Shown: piece after piece, positions 11,608 through 23,560 of the stretch | Layout of the letters: each line of letters begins with the position of its first letter | How positions within the stretch are numbered: position 1 is the stretch's first letter | Assembly: GCF_009914755.1 (NCBI RefSeq) | Contig: NC_060927.1 | Strand: one strand, 5' to 3' | DNA from: the human T2T-CHM13v2.0 reference genome, Homo sapiens | DNA length: 64,000 nt | Made by a program: the position numbers and the translations under genes | Notes under the pieces: model-generated | What the model was told of the DNA's origin: nothing | Databases searched by the model: none | The model's input: only the letters and a program-made list of their open reading frames with translations

Positions 11608-13810
11608 GGGGTCCCGGGGCAAGTGTCAGCTCATGTCATCACCCTCACTGAGCCCCGGGTATGTTTAACCATTGAGGGCCAGGAAATTTACTTCCTCTTG
11701 GACACTGGCGTGGCTTTCTCAGTGTTAAGCTTCTGTCCTGGACAACTGTCCTCAAGGTCCGTTACCATTCAAGGAATCCTGGGACAGCCTGTAAGCAGGT
11801 ATTTCTCCAACCTCCTCAGCTGTAATTGGGAGACTTTGCTCTTTTCACATGCATTTTTTGTTATGCCTTAAAGTCCCAGACCCTTATTAGGGGGGAATAT
11901 ATTAGCCAAAGCTGGAGCTATTATCTACATGAATATGGGGAACAAGTTACCCATTTGTTGTCCCCTACTTGAGGAAGGAATCAATCCTGAAGTCTGGGCA
12001 TTGGAAGGACAATTTGGAAGGACAAAAAATGCCCACCCAGTCCAAATCAGGCTAAAAGACCCCACCACTTTTCCTTATCAAAGGCAATACCCTTAAGGCC
12101 TGAAGCTCATAAAGGATTACAGGATATTGTTAAACATTTAAAAGCTCAAGGCTTAGTAAGGAAATGCAGCAGTCCCTGCAACACCCCAATTCTAGGAGTA
12201 CAAAAACCGAATGGTCAGTGGAGACAAGTGCAAGATCTTAGACTCATCAATGAGGCAGTAATTCTTCTATATCCAGTTGTACCCAACCCCTATACCCTGC
12301 TCTCTCAAATACCAGAGGAAGCAGAATGGTTCACAGTTCTGGACCTCAAGGATACCTTCTTCTGTATTCCCCTGCACTCTGACTCCCAGTTTCTCTTTGC
12401 CTTTGAGGATCCCACAGAACACATGTCCCAACTTACATCAACAGTCTTGCCCCAAGGGTTTAGGGATAGCCCTCATCTGTTTGGTCAGGCACTGGCCCAA
12501 GATCTAGGCCACTTCTCAAGTCCAGGCACTCTGGTCCTTCAGTATGTGGATGATTTACTTTTGGCTACCAGTTCAGAAGCCTCATGCCAGCAGGCTACTC
12601 TAGATCTCTTGAACTTTCTAGCTAACCAAGGGTACAAGGTGTCGAGGTCGAAGGCCCAGCTTTGCCCACAGCAGGTCAAATATCTAGGCCTAATCTTAGC
12701 CAGAGGGACCAGGGCCCCCAGCAAGGAATGAATAGAACCTATACTGGCTTATCCTCACCCTAAGACATTAAAAACAGTTGCGAGGGTTCCTTGGAATCAC
12801 CGGCTTTTGCCAACTATGGATCCCTGGATACAGTGAGATAGCCGGGCCGCTCTGTACTCAAATCAAGGAAACCCAGAGGGCAAATATTCATCTAGTAGAA
12901 TGGGAACCAGAGGCAGAAACAACCTTCAAAACCTTAAAGCAGGCCCTAGTACAAGCTCCAGCTTTAAGCCTCCAACAGGACAAAACTTCTCTTTATATGT
13001 CACATAGAGAGTATGGATAGCTCTTGGAGTCCTTACTCTGACTCATGGGACAATCCCACAACCAGTGCCATACCTAAGTAAGAAAATTGATGTAGTAGCA
13101 AAAGGCTGGCCTCACTGTTTATGGGTAGTTGCGGCGGTGGCCGTCTTAGTGTCAGAGGCTATCAAGGTAATACAAGGAAAGGTTCTCACTGTCTGGACTA
13201 CGCATGATGTGAATGGCATACTAGGTGCCAAAGGAAGTTTATGGCTATCAGACAACTGCCTACTTAGATACCAGGTGCTATTCCTTGAGGGACCGGTGTT
13301 TCAAATATGTACGTGCGTGGCCCTCAACCCTGCCACTTCTATCCCAGAGGATGGCGAACCAATTGAGCATGACTGCCAACAAATTATAGTCCAGACTTAT
13401 GCCGCCCAAGATGACCTCTTAGAAGTCCCCTTAGCTAATCCTGACCTTAACCTATGTACTGACAGAAGTTCATTTGTGGAGAATGGAATATGAAGGGCAG
13501 GTTATGCCATAGGTAGTGATGTAACTGTACTTGAAAGTAAGCCTCTTCCCCCAGGGACCAGCGCCCAGTTAGCAGAACTAATGGCACTTATCCGAGCCTT
13601 AGAACTGGGAAAAGGAAAAAGAATAAATGTGTATACAAATAGCAAGTATGCATATCTAATCGTACATGCCCATGCTGCAATATGGAAAGAAAGGGAGTTC
13701 TTAACCTCTGGGGGAACCCCCATTAAATACCACAAGCAAATTATGGAGTTACTGCACGCAGTGCAAAAACCCAAGGTGGTGGCAGTCTTACAGTGCAAAA
13801 GCCATCAAAA
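11608..13810 (+). pseudogene. pol: ERV9 pro-pol (protease, RT, tether, RNase H), disrupted, integrase absent
   Basis: FLLDTG at ~11692-11709; VLDLKDTFF, LPQGFRDSP, YVDD at 12543-12554; RNase H ELMALIRAL and NVYTNSKYA; multiple stops and frameshifts. Confidence 0.96.
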
Positions 13811-13859
13811 GGGGAAGGAGAGGGGAGAGCAGCAGCATAAGTGGCTGGCTGAGGCAGGG

Positions 13860-14010
13860 AAAGACCAGAAGAAAGGAGAGAGGAAGGGACAGAGACAGAA
13901 AGTCAAAGAGAGAGGAAGGAACAGACAAAGTCAAAGAGAGAAAGAGACAGAGACAAAGAGGGAGTCAGAAAGAGAGAGTCAAAGAAGTCAAAGAGAGAGA
14001 GAGATAGAAG
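13860..14010. repeat. GA-rich tract inside the ERV9 internal region
   Basis: Directly visible agagacag/agagag repeats. Confidence 0.8.
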
Positions 14011-14600
14011 TAGTAAAAAAACAGTGTACCCTATTCCTTTGAAAGCCAGGGTAGATTTAAATCCTATAATTGAGGATTGAAGGTCTTCTCTGTGGCTCTA
14101 TAACACTCCAATGCCACCTTGTTGTCAGTGTAAACAGGGGTGTAGCCCAAAAGCACTGAGGCCACTGATAACCCATAGCCTTCCTATCAAAAATCCTTAA
14201 CCCAGAAGGTTTCCTAACAGGGGATCTAAATCTTAATTAATTGCCATACAAAGATCTGACCAGACATAGAAGGAACTCCCTTCAGGACAGGATGATAGAT
14301 GGTTCCCCCCAGGTGATTAAGGAAAAAAGACACAATGGGTATTCAGTATGTGATAAGGAAACTCTTATAGAAGCAGAATTAGGAAAATTGCCTAATAATT
14401 GGTCTGCTCAAACGTGTGAGTTGTTTGCACTCAGCCAAATCTTAAAGTACTTACAGAATCAGGAAGGAGACATCTATACCAATTCTAAGTTAATATGGAC
14501 TGAATGAGGTCTGATTAATAGCAAAGAAAAATTAAAATCCCAAACTTACAAGGTTTTCAACTAAAGCAAAGTTTGTTAAAAGTTAACAGTGTAACATGCA

Positions 14601-15230
14601 TTATCCTACTACCACACACTCTCAAAGGATTTCTCAGACAGTTTGTAAGAAATAACAAAATCTATCCTTACTCTACAATCCCAAATAGACTCTTTGGCAG
14701 CAGTGACTCTCCAAAACCACCAAGGCCTAGACCTCCTCACTGTTGAGAAAGGAGGACTCTACACCTTCTTAGGGGAAGAGTGTTGTTTTTACACTAACCA
14801 GTCAGGGATAGTACAAGATGCTGCCTGACATTTACAGGAAAAGGCTTCTGAAATTAGACAACACCTTTCAAACTCTTATACCAACCTCTGGAGTTGGGCA
14901 ACATGGCTTCTCCCCTTTCTAGGTCTCGCGGCAGCCATCTTGCTGTTACTTGCCTTTCGGCCCTGAATTTTTAACCTTCTTGTGGAGGTACCACTAGAAT
15001 CGAGGCCATCAAGCTACAGATGGTCTTACAAATGGAACCCCAAATGACCTCAACTAACAACTTCTACCGAGGACTCCTGGACTGACCCACTGGTCCTTCC
15101 ACTGGCCTAAAGAGTTCCCCTCTGGAGGACACTACAACTGCAGGGCCCCTTCTTTGCCCCTATCCAGCAGGAAGTAGCTAGAGCGGTCATCAGCCAAATT
15201 CTCAACAGCAGTTGGGGTGTCCTGCTTAGA
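14601..15230 (+). pseudogene. env: ERV9 env TM remnant
   Basis: [47 protein letters not shown] (immunosuppressive domain at ~14709-14759), TM segment WLLPFLGLAAAILLLLAF; in-frame stops; PPT agatgggggat before 15239. Confidence 0.93.
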
Positions 15231-15238
15231 TGGGGGAT

Positions 15239-16528
15239 TGAGAGGTGACAACGTGCTAGCAGCCCTCGCTCACTCTTGGTGCTTCCTCGGCCTCAGTGTC
15301 TGCTCTGTCTGTGCTTGAGGAGCCCTTCAGCCTGCCGCTGTGCTGTGGGGGCCCCTCTCTGGGGATGGCTGAGGCTGGAGCCGGCTCCCTCTGCTCCAGG
15401 GGAGGCATGGAGGGAAAGGCGCAGGCAGGAGCCAGGGCTGTGCACGGTACTGGTGAGCCAATGTGGGTTCTGGGTGGGCATGGGCTCAGTGGGCCCTGCA
15501 CTCAGCATGGCTGGCCAGCGCCTGCACGGCTTGATCAGGGGACGAGCTCCCTCTGGGCTGCTGGAGTGCCTGGGCTAGGTGCCGCAAAGTCCCGCAGCGA
15601 GTGCCAGTGAGAGGTGAAGCTGGCTGGGCTTCTGGGACAGGTGGGGACTTGGAGAACTTTTCTGTCTAGCTAAAGGATTGTAAATGCACCAATCAGCACT
15701 CTGTGTCTAGCTAAAGGTTTGTAAATGCACCAATCAGCACTCTGTGTCTAGCTAAATAACTGTAAACGCACCAATCAGCACTCTGTGTCTAGCTAAATAA
15801 TTGTAAACACACCAGTCAGCACTCTCTGGCTAGCAAAAGGATTTTAAATGCACCAATCAGCAATCTGTGTCTAGCTAGAGGTTTGTAAACGCACCAGTCA
15901 GCACTCTGTGTCTAGCTAAAGGCTTGTTAATGCACCAATCAGTGCTCTGTGTCTAGCTAATCTGGTGGGGACTTGGAGAACTTTTCTGTCTAGCTAAAGG
16001 ATTGTAAATGCACCAATCAGCACTCTGTGTCTAGCTAAAGGTTTGTAAATGCACCAATCAGCGCTCTGTCAAAATGGGCCCATCGGCTGTCTGTAAAACG
16101 GACAAATCAGCTCTCTGTAAAATGGACCAATCAGCTCTCTGTAAAATGGACCAATCAGCAGGATGTGGGTGGGGCCAGATAAGGGGATAAAAGCAGGCCA
16201 CCCGACCCAGCAGCAGCAACCCACTTGGGTCCCCTTCCACTCTGTGGAAGCTTTGTTTTTTTGCTCTTCACAATAAATCTTGCTGCTGCTCACTCTGGGT
16301 CCGCACTGCCTTTATGAGCTACAGCACTCACCACGAAGGTCTGCAGCTTCACTCCTGAAGTCAGCAAGATCATGAACCCACGAGAAGGAAGAAACTCTGG
16401 ACACATCTGAACATCTGAAGGAACAAACTCCGGACACACCATCTTTAAGAACTGTAACACTCACTGTGAGGGTCTGCGACTTCATTCCTGAAGTCAGTGA
16501 GACCAAGAATCCACCAATTCCGGACAGA
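15239..16528 (+). mobile_element. Complete 3' LTR12
   Basis: GC-rich U3, 41-bp repeats, promoter, AATAAA at ~16272, U5 ending ccaattccggacaga. Confidence 0.96.
15661..16195 (+). promoter_or_regulatory. LTR12 U3 enhancer/promoter: 41-bp tandem CCAAT (NF-Y) repeats, GT box, GATA site
   Basis: Repeated caccaatcagcactctgtgtctagctaaaggtttgtaaatg units with about 9 intact CCAAT boxes, then gggtggggccagataaggggataaaa. Activity is not shown by sequence. Confidence 0.8.
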
Positions 16529-16712
16529 TTACTATATGGCAGAAATTACATTTAGCTCCATTCTTTGCACCGTTAGATTAATAATTTCTATTTATTCAAT
16601 TCTGAATCAAAGATTAAATGATGATTCAAATTTAGACCTCCAAAAACAGCCCAAACAATTAACAACAAACAAAATCTACTTCAAAACAAACCCCCAAAAA
16701 AGAGTGCCCCAA

Positions 16713-16811
16713 ATATATATATATATAAAATATATATATAATATATATAAATGAAAAAAGAAAAAAGAAAAAGAAAAGGTTATAGCATACTTTGATCTTT
16801 TATATATATAT
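16713..16811. repeat. (TA)n tract split by a ~57-bp copy of 18021-18083
   Basis: Direct comparison of the two segments. Confidence 0.88.
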
Positions 16812-16829
16812 CAATATGTCTGTAATTTG

Positions 16830-18150
16830 AATGCGAGAAAATCACTTTTTTACCTGACCTGGAAGATAGTACATATAAGGGAAAGTATTATGTTTTTAAG
16901 TTTATTAAGCTTCAAAAAATACTATGTATAAATCTGAAAGGCATTTACCACATTGAAGATATTTGAAAAAGACAAAGAATTAATTGCACCAAACAAGAGG
17001 CCTAGCAAATGAAGAAAACTTGACTAAATATGAAAGTGGGTAATTTATATTAAAATAAACACAATTGTGGGTAATAATATAAATACATACCAATCTAACT
17101 AATAATTAACCAATTAGTCAATTAAAGACATTAAAACATTTGTTTAAAAAATCTGATATTTGGACATTAACAAAATATTAACAGCACTTGATTATGACAG
17201 AGTTTGATTAATAAAAGCATATCATTTCCAGAAGTGATAGCAATCTATAAGGCCTACTATAACCACTTGGAACAAATTAATAATATATATCAAAATATAA
17301 AATATTCATAATCAATGGAGCATTTTTATATTTAAATATTGTCATATGGAAGTACTTACAATAATTACAAAAACTTCACTCCATATTGTTGGTAATAGCA
17401 AAAATAAAGGAAGCAAATGATAGTCAATCAACAATTTTACCATTAATTTTGGTGTTTTCAATGAACTGCTTTTTAATATTTAAAGTCATAGATTTATATG
17501 TACTTTAAGATAAAATTTACCACAGAGTAGGAAATAAAACACAAAGCCAATAGCAAGGTATTATCCTTAATATAGTGTAACAGAAAATAATATTTGCTCA
17601 TATATAAATAAGAAATCTGAAAATACAGATAAAAGACAACAGTAATTGTGAAAAATCCAGGAATATATCATGCAATAAATAATTGTGGTTATTTTGTGAC
17701 TTCTAAGATTATAGCAGCCTGGTGCAGTGGCTCTTATCTGTAATCCCAGCACTTTGGGAGGCCGAGGGCAGATCACTTGAGTCCAGGAGTTTGAGACCAG
17801 CCGGAACAACATGGTGAAACTACAGCTCCACAAAAGATATAAAAATCAGCCCGGCATTGTGTCATGTGCCTGTAGTCCCAGGTACTCAGGATGCTGAAGC
17901 AGAAAGATCACTTGAGCCTGGGAGGTGGAGGTTACACTGAGCCAAGATTGCACCATTGCCCTCTAGCCTGGGCAACAGAGTGAGACCCTGCCTCAAAAAA
18001 AAAAAAAAAAAGAAAAAGAAAAATGAAAAAAGAAAAAAGAAAAAGAAAAGAAAAGGTTATGGCATACTTTGATCTTTTATATTATATAGTGTATGTATGC
18101 ACTATAATTTTTAAAAGTATAATTAGCATGTACCATTTTTAATAATCAGA
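16830..18150 (+). mobile_element. Degraded L1ME 3' fragments, split by an AluJ
   Basis: ctataaccacttggaac, atattgttggtaatagcaaaaa and related L1ME-type motifs. Confidence 0.5.
17717..18051 (+). mobile_element. AluJ (Jb-like)
   Basis: gatcacttgagtccaggag diagnostic; TSD aagattatagca / aaggttatggca. Confidence 0.95.
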
Positions 18151-18324
18151 AATAAATTACACAGTTAACCAGAAACAGGAAGTAAAGGGGACTGGAGCCC
18201 ATTACTCAATGCCAAATTTATAATAAATAAACAACATACTTTCTTTTTACAGAAAGAACAGATGCCTTAGTGTTACAGTTGGAGATACTTAATTATATAG
18301 TGAGTATTTGCAATTTTCCCAAAA

Positions 18325-18445
18325 TTATAGGCTCCTTGAGAGTCGGGATAGAAAAAACCTTAGTATATGTACACCAAAGCGTCAAGTCCAGTATTTGATT
18401 CACATAGGCAGCAAATTAATCCATTACAGAACATGTGAATGAAAT
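18325..18445 (+). mobile_element. L2 3' end fragment
   Basis: aggctccttgagagtcggga...cacataggcagcaaattaa...gtgaatgaa. Confidence 0.5.
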
Positions 18446-18762
18446 TTAATTTGGAAGATTCAATAAATATTCAATAATTATATTTTACCTGGCATTCTTA
18501 TCAAATAATTCACAACTTTCAAAAATCATCAACATTAAATATGTATTAAAAAAACAAGACTCCCCCATTCTGTTTCACAACCATGCTCCCAAAAGCAATG
18601 ATTTTAGTCATTTCATATTTGTTTTGTATTTACCTCTACTTTAAATAATATGCTTTCATAAAAATGTTTTATCAATTTTAGAAATCGTATGGATGTTACC
18701 ATTTGATTGATAAAGATTTAGCTTACACTGTTCCTAAATTTCCTTATATCATCGTCCCAATA

Positions 18763-18841
18763 TATGTGTGTATGATGTTTGTGTGTGTGTGTGGTATGTG
18801 CTGTGTGTGTGGTATGTGGGGTGTGTGTGCACGTGTGTGTA
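18763..18841. repeat. Degenerate (TG)n
   Basis: Directly visible. Confidence 0.85.
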
Positions 18842-18956
18842 TTCTGTAGCTGGGATTTAGTAGGAATAACGTAGCCAGTTAATGTACTAAAATTTTGTTT
18901 GTTTGTATGTTTGTCTGTTTTCAACAGCTTGATGTATCTGGTGGTAATAAACTGCT

Positions 18957-19033
18957 TTGGATTTTCATTTACTTAGAATTCTATGTTCTTATATTGGATT
19001 TTCATTTACTTAGAATTCTATGTTCTTATATTG
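18957..19033. repeat. Perfect 37-bp tandem duplication
   Basis: ttggattttcatttacttagaattctatgttcttata x2. Confidence 0.95.
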
Positions 19034-19329
19034 ATCTCTTCCATGTAGTGAATCAGATCTATAATATAACAAAACATATAATCTCTAATTTTTTCTTTAT
19101 TTAAAATTATTTGAATGCTCACTATTCCCAAGTGATTATGTTTATTTTTTCCTCCAAGAGATTTTCCTCATGATGCACTTTGTCCTACTGTTTCAAAATG
19201 GACTATGTAATTGCTTTTGAGTCGTCCTATACATTACATTATCTAAAATTTCTCTGTTTATTTTACTGGGCTTAATCCCCATTTTCCTATATTCAATTTT
19301 ATCATCTTTTGTTGGTTCTGTCCTTCTTT

Positions 19330-19800
19330 TGCTGGCAGAGAGCCTTCAGCATTTCCCTAAAGATGAGTGACCAGAATATAAATATATTTAATCCTCATCT
19401 ATCTGAAAATACCTTTATGCTACTCTTACTTTTAAAAATTACATGATTGAGTAGAATATTTTAGTTTGAAAATTACATTTTGTTAGTATTTGCAGGGCAT
19501 TACTCCATTACCTGCCAGATGCTCATTTAGTTTATTGTACATTTTTTCTGTAATAGTTTAGGATATTTTTCTTATTTCAGTTGTTTTAACATTTTATTAT
19601 GCTATGCCTTAGCTTTGATTTTTCCTTCGTTCTTTCCTTCCTTCCTTCCTTCTTTCCAGGTGTTTTTGGAGCTGGCAATAGGTAAATGCTTAAGATAGAG
19701 AGATTATTTCCCTAAATCAAGACATTTTGAAATTACTTTTGTTAGTATTTTCCCTCCAGTTTACTCTTTTCTGTCAGTACCCCTACAGTCAGATTGGTAG
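19330..19800 (-). mobile_element. HAL1/old L1 ORF1-region fragment
   Basis: tctgaaaatacctttat...tgagtagaatattttagtttgaaa...gggcattactccatt resembles the antisense HAL1/L1M consensus. Confidence 0.55.
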
Positions 19801-20355
19801 ATGAAGTCTACAGAACATACAGCATGGAAAGGCTTCCTCAAATATGGGCTTTACATCTTATTGTGGTGAATTCAAAGTGAATTATTTATTGTCAAGGGTC
19901 CAAAACCTGATGGTTGCCTACATTCAGAGCTCAGATGGACTCCCTTGGGCCACAGCCACTGCCAGTCTCCACAAAGCTGACACAATTGGTTCTTTAAATG
20001 CTCCACAGGCCCTACAACTTCCAGTTCTTGGGCTGGCCCTGAAACTTATCTCAGGATGAGTTCTGACTTTGGCTGTTACATGAACCTAATGACCAATCCC
20101 CTTTCCTTTTTTTTCTTTCCCCCTTCTATGGTACTTCTATCTCAATCTTTATGCCCAAGATTTCAAAAGCTTCATATTGCTCCCTTTTTCCAACAATAGA
20201 GATTGATTTCTCATCAGAAAAAAAAAAGTCCCAAACTTATAAGGATAAAAGCTTCCTGACATTAGTATATGTGGCCTTCACAGCTATGTTACTCTTCTCC
20301 AGCTATAATGTTGAGCGCGGCAAAGATTCTTCCCCTCCTCCCTGCTTAAAAATGA

Positions 20356-20401
20356 TGTGTGTGTATGTGCGTGTGTGTGTGTGTGTGTGTGCGTGTGTGT
20401 G
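20356..20401. repeat. (TG)n microsatellite
   Basis: Directly visible. Confidence 0.95.
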
Positions 20402-21764
20402 ATTGTTTTCAGTCTTTCCCCAGCTGTAATGGGTTTTCATTAGTGCCCTAAGGGCAAGAATTTTTGTTGCCCTTCTCCCTGAATATTATGGCTTTTTTTT
20501 TTTTTTTTCAACAACAGAGGTGACAGAGTTGAGTCTAGAAGCTGCTACCCTTTCTATCTAGGCCAGCACCAGGAGGAAAACTTTCTTAAGCTTCTCCCTA
20601 ACCATAATTCTTACAAGATAACTTTTTTTGTATTATGTTTTTCTTTACCTTAAAAAATGTTTGTTCATACATTGATATGAGGGAAATCAGAATATTCATG
20701 AGCTTCACAATTTGAGGTTTTCATCAGCCCTCCTATGGGCATTTTATTTTGCTTATGAGAAAATTAAAATTATATTGAACTATGATCAATTTGTACAATA
20801 AGAGATGTACCCAAACATTGTGAAATCTGTCCTCTTCTCAGCAAAAAATTTATTCCAGCATTTTATTCCATTAGTATAACAGCTTACATAACTTAGATCT
20901 ATTCAGAGTGTGGAAGTAAACCATTGTTTGCATCATCATTGGCATTTCTATGAGCAGTTATAATCTAAGAGCTTATTTGCTTCCAAAAATCATTTTCCTT
21001 ATTTTAATTCACAGTTTCATGCCTTTGGTGCCTATTGTAAAATATCCCTTCATATTTTCTCTTCTCATGAAATAGCTTCCATTAACTACAAGTATATACT
21101 TAAACTGCAATTATTTTTTATTCATATCTTTGAGAAACTCAAGTTAAATATAATTATAATTTGTAATTATATTTCCTCTTCTGCGTGATTATCATATACC
21201 CTCAGGACTTGTTGATCTGTCCTAGTCCATCTGGCATATTGGATGTCTCATCATATATTAAATAATACTAACCTCATCAAAATACATTAGCATAATGTTA
21301 CAATATCTGATACTATGAATCACAAGAAATTTTTCAGTGATTGTTTTTAATAGTAGACATGAATGTAATTTAATTATGTGAATGCCCATCAGTAACAAAA
21401 ATTAAACTTGATTAAATATGATGCATGAACTATTCTACAATATTAAATATTTTAGATTTATGCCAAAATATGGTGTTTACTATCCTGGATGAATACACAT
21501 TTGAGAGAACTGAGTTCTGGAAAAAAAAATGCAATTATTAATAAACGATTTTAAGTGGAAGATATTTCACCTAAGTTCTAAATTACTTGCTAAAATCTGA
21601 AAGGCAACAAATTTTAACTGCTGTTTTTATTTGCAATTCCCAGCTAAGGTATGTAGCAATTATAAGAAGTTACAGGCTTTAGCACCACATCTTTATTTAT
21701 AAAATAAGTGTTTTCCTTTACTGTTGAAAATTTGATCAGCTGCTATAAAAGCAACTAGAAGTAC

Positions 21765-22379
21765 TGTGGCAGGCCAGGCCTCAGTAACACAGGCCTCCAT
21801 AACAACTGTTTCAGCACTGACTGAATGGTAAAGTTAAATATTAAATCTCAAAGAGTCAGTGCCCTTTTACAAAGGCTGGAACGGAACAAAAGCCCACCAA
21901 GAGTTTTGCCTAGGCCTTGCCTGGAACTTGAAGCATGACAAGATAATGAAGGAATTCTTAACAGGACCTGTTTAGGATTAAACAAGTTTAATTGGGGGTC
22001 TGTAGAAACTCCCCAAGCCTCCACAAACAAGCTTATTGAGGATCTAAACAAATCACCCCAGCACCTAGACCCATTTAGATTAAGTGAATTTACTGAGGCT
22101 CCAGAGGAAGGTCTTCAGGACTCAGATCTTAATTTTAGATTAGAAGGAGTTAATTACTTATGTCTTTAGATGAATTCACAGTCAACACATAGACATATAG
22201 CTTAGAAAGTATATAAATTCTGGAAAACTTTGTAATTTTGAGTTGGTCTGGTGATAATTTCCAGGCTTTCTCCCTGTAACCGGTTACAGAAATAAATTCC
22301 CTTTTCTCCCATTTCATGTGCATCTCATTATTGGGCCACAAGAATAAGCAGCCTGACCCTCAGTTTTTTTCCAGGAACA
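21765..22379 (+). mobile_element. MER4-group solo LTR (MER4E-like)
   Basis: TG...CA ends (tgtggcaggccagg...ccaggaaca), 4-bp TSD GTAC on both sides, AATAAA at ~22290. Confidence 0.88.
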
Positions 22380-23439
22380 GTACTGGAAATGATGCTATTT
22401 GTTATTATTTGAAAAGACATTTTCTCTTGTTGTCAGTAGATCACTTCTTTTCACTCTACACTTTGTATATCTGATATGTAATAAACTTATTAAAAATACT
22501 TCTGGAAAATTATATACATGCAGACACCCACACAGAGTAATAAATGACAAAAAATGTGAATAGTACTTTGAGAACTATATAAATAATGTAGGTATATATT
22601 CAATGAATGCTTTTTCGTTGTCTTTTTATCATGTAAAATATGCCATGCTGGACAGTAAGAATAAAAAGATGATAATTGGTAGGGTCTTCCTTTTAAGAAT
22701 TTCAGAGTTCAATGGGACAATTATCAATTTCTCTGAGAGATAACTGTGAAATATCAAAAAAATTGAACTCAGAAAAAAAAAGTTGTTTTTGCTATTGTTA
22801 TTTATATTTTTCATCAGAATTTGGAATACTATATGTCTCTCTCCCCTTCTACATATAAAAAATAGATAACAAAAATGGAATTTTTGTGTAAATTAGGCAT
22901 AATAAACTGGAGCAAAAAAACACAAAGTCTCCTAACACAGTCCAACTCCCTCTCAAAGTAACTGAAATGTCCTGAATCTTTAATTCATCTCTAGGAAGGA
23001 TGGGTTTATAAAACCAGAGAGGGATGGTGTACTATAAAACCAGAATTTAAAAGTTGGCATAAATAAGAGCTATCCCAGATTTATCAGGGAAGAAGACATC
23101 CTAGCCACTTAATGATAAGAATCTCAGTTCCATTGAAATGACTCTGATCATTCCTAATATGTAATTTGATACTTCAGGCAATTTGTGACTTATTTCATAA
23201 CAAACTGAATCTATCCAATCTGCTTTGTTCATATTACTTGCTTTGTTCATTATCACAACTAAGCAATGAGAACTTCACCATGAGAATGTGGCTTCATCTA
23301 TTATTGGACTAAATATCAATATTCATTATCACTTTATCAATTAATATAGGTAAAGCAAAAGTCACTGAACTCTTAGGAGTAGACCAAAAAATGTGTGCTG
23401 AGTGATGACTTCCCTTGATTTCATACCTTGCCTAAGTCC

Positions 23440-23560
23440 TAATTTTAGAGAGTTATGTATAAACTGGAGGGTTACATATGAACAGCTCAACATGGGAGAC
23501 ATCGACAACATCATAGGCATATAGATAGCTATAAGAAGATAATCTGGACCAAACTAAGAC
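23440..23560 (+). mobile_element. Possible CR1/L3 fragment
   Basis: taaactggaggg...acatcata...ataagaag...atctggaccaaactaagac weakly resembles the L3 3' ORF. Confidence 0.35.

Larger units (their letters stand above)
11015..16528 (+). mobile_element. ERV9/HERV9 provirus, internally deleted
   Basis: Two homologous LTR12 starts (tgagaggtgacaacgtgctagc at 11015 and 15239), gag-pro-pol-env remnants between them, 4-bp TSD TTAC (11011-11014 / 16529-16532). Confidence 0.97.

Noticed and set aside
12228-12731. 167-aa RT ORF as a functional reverse transcriptase
   Set aside because: Fragment only, flanked by stops and frameshifts, with no upstream promoter or gag.
14601-15230. Syncytin-like captured env
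   Set aside because: SU and signal peptide are missing, there are in-frame stops, and the first cysteine of CX6CC is lost.
15661-16160. Regularly spaced 41-bp repeats resembling a CRISPR array
   Set aside because: Contiguous tandem units without unique spacers; known LTR12 U3 repeats in eukaryotic DNA.
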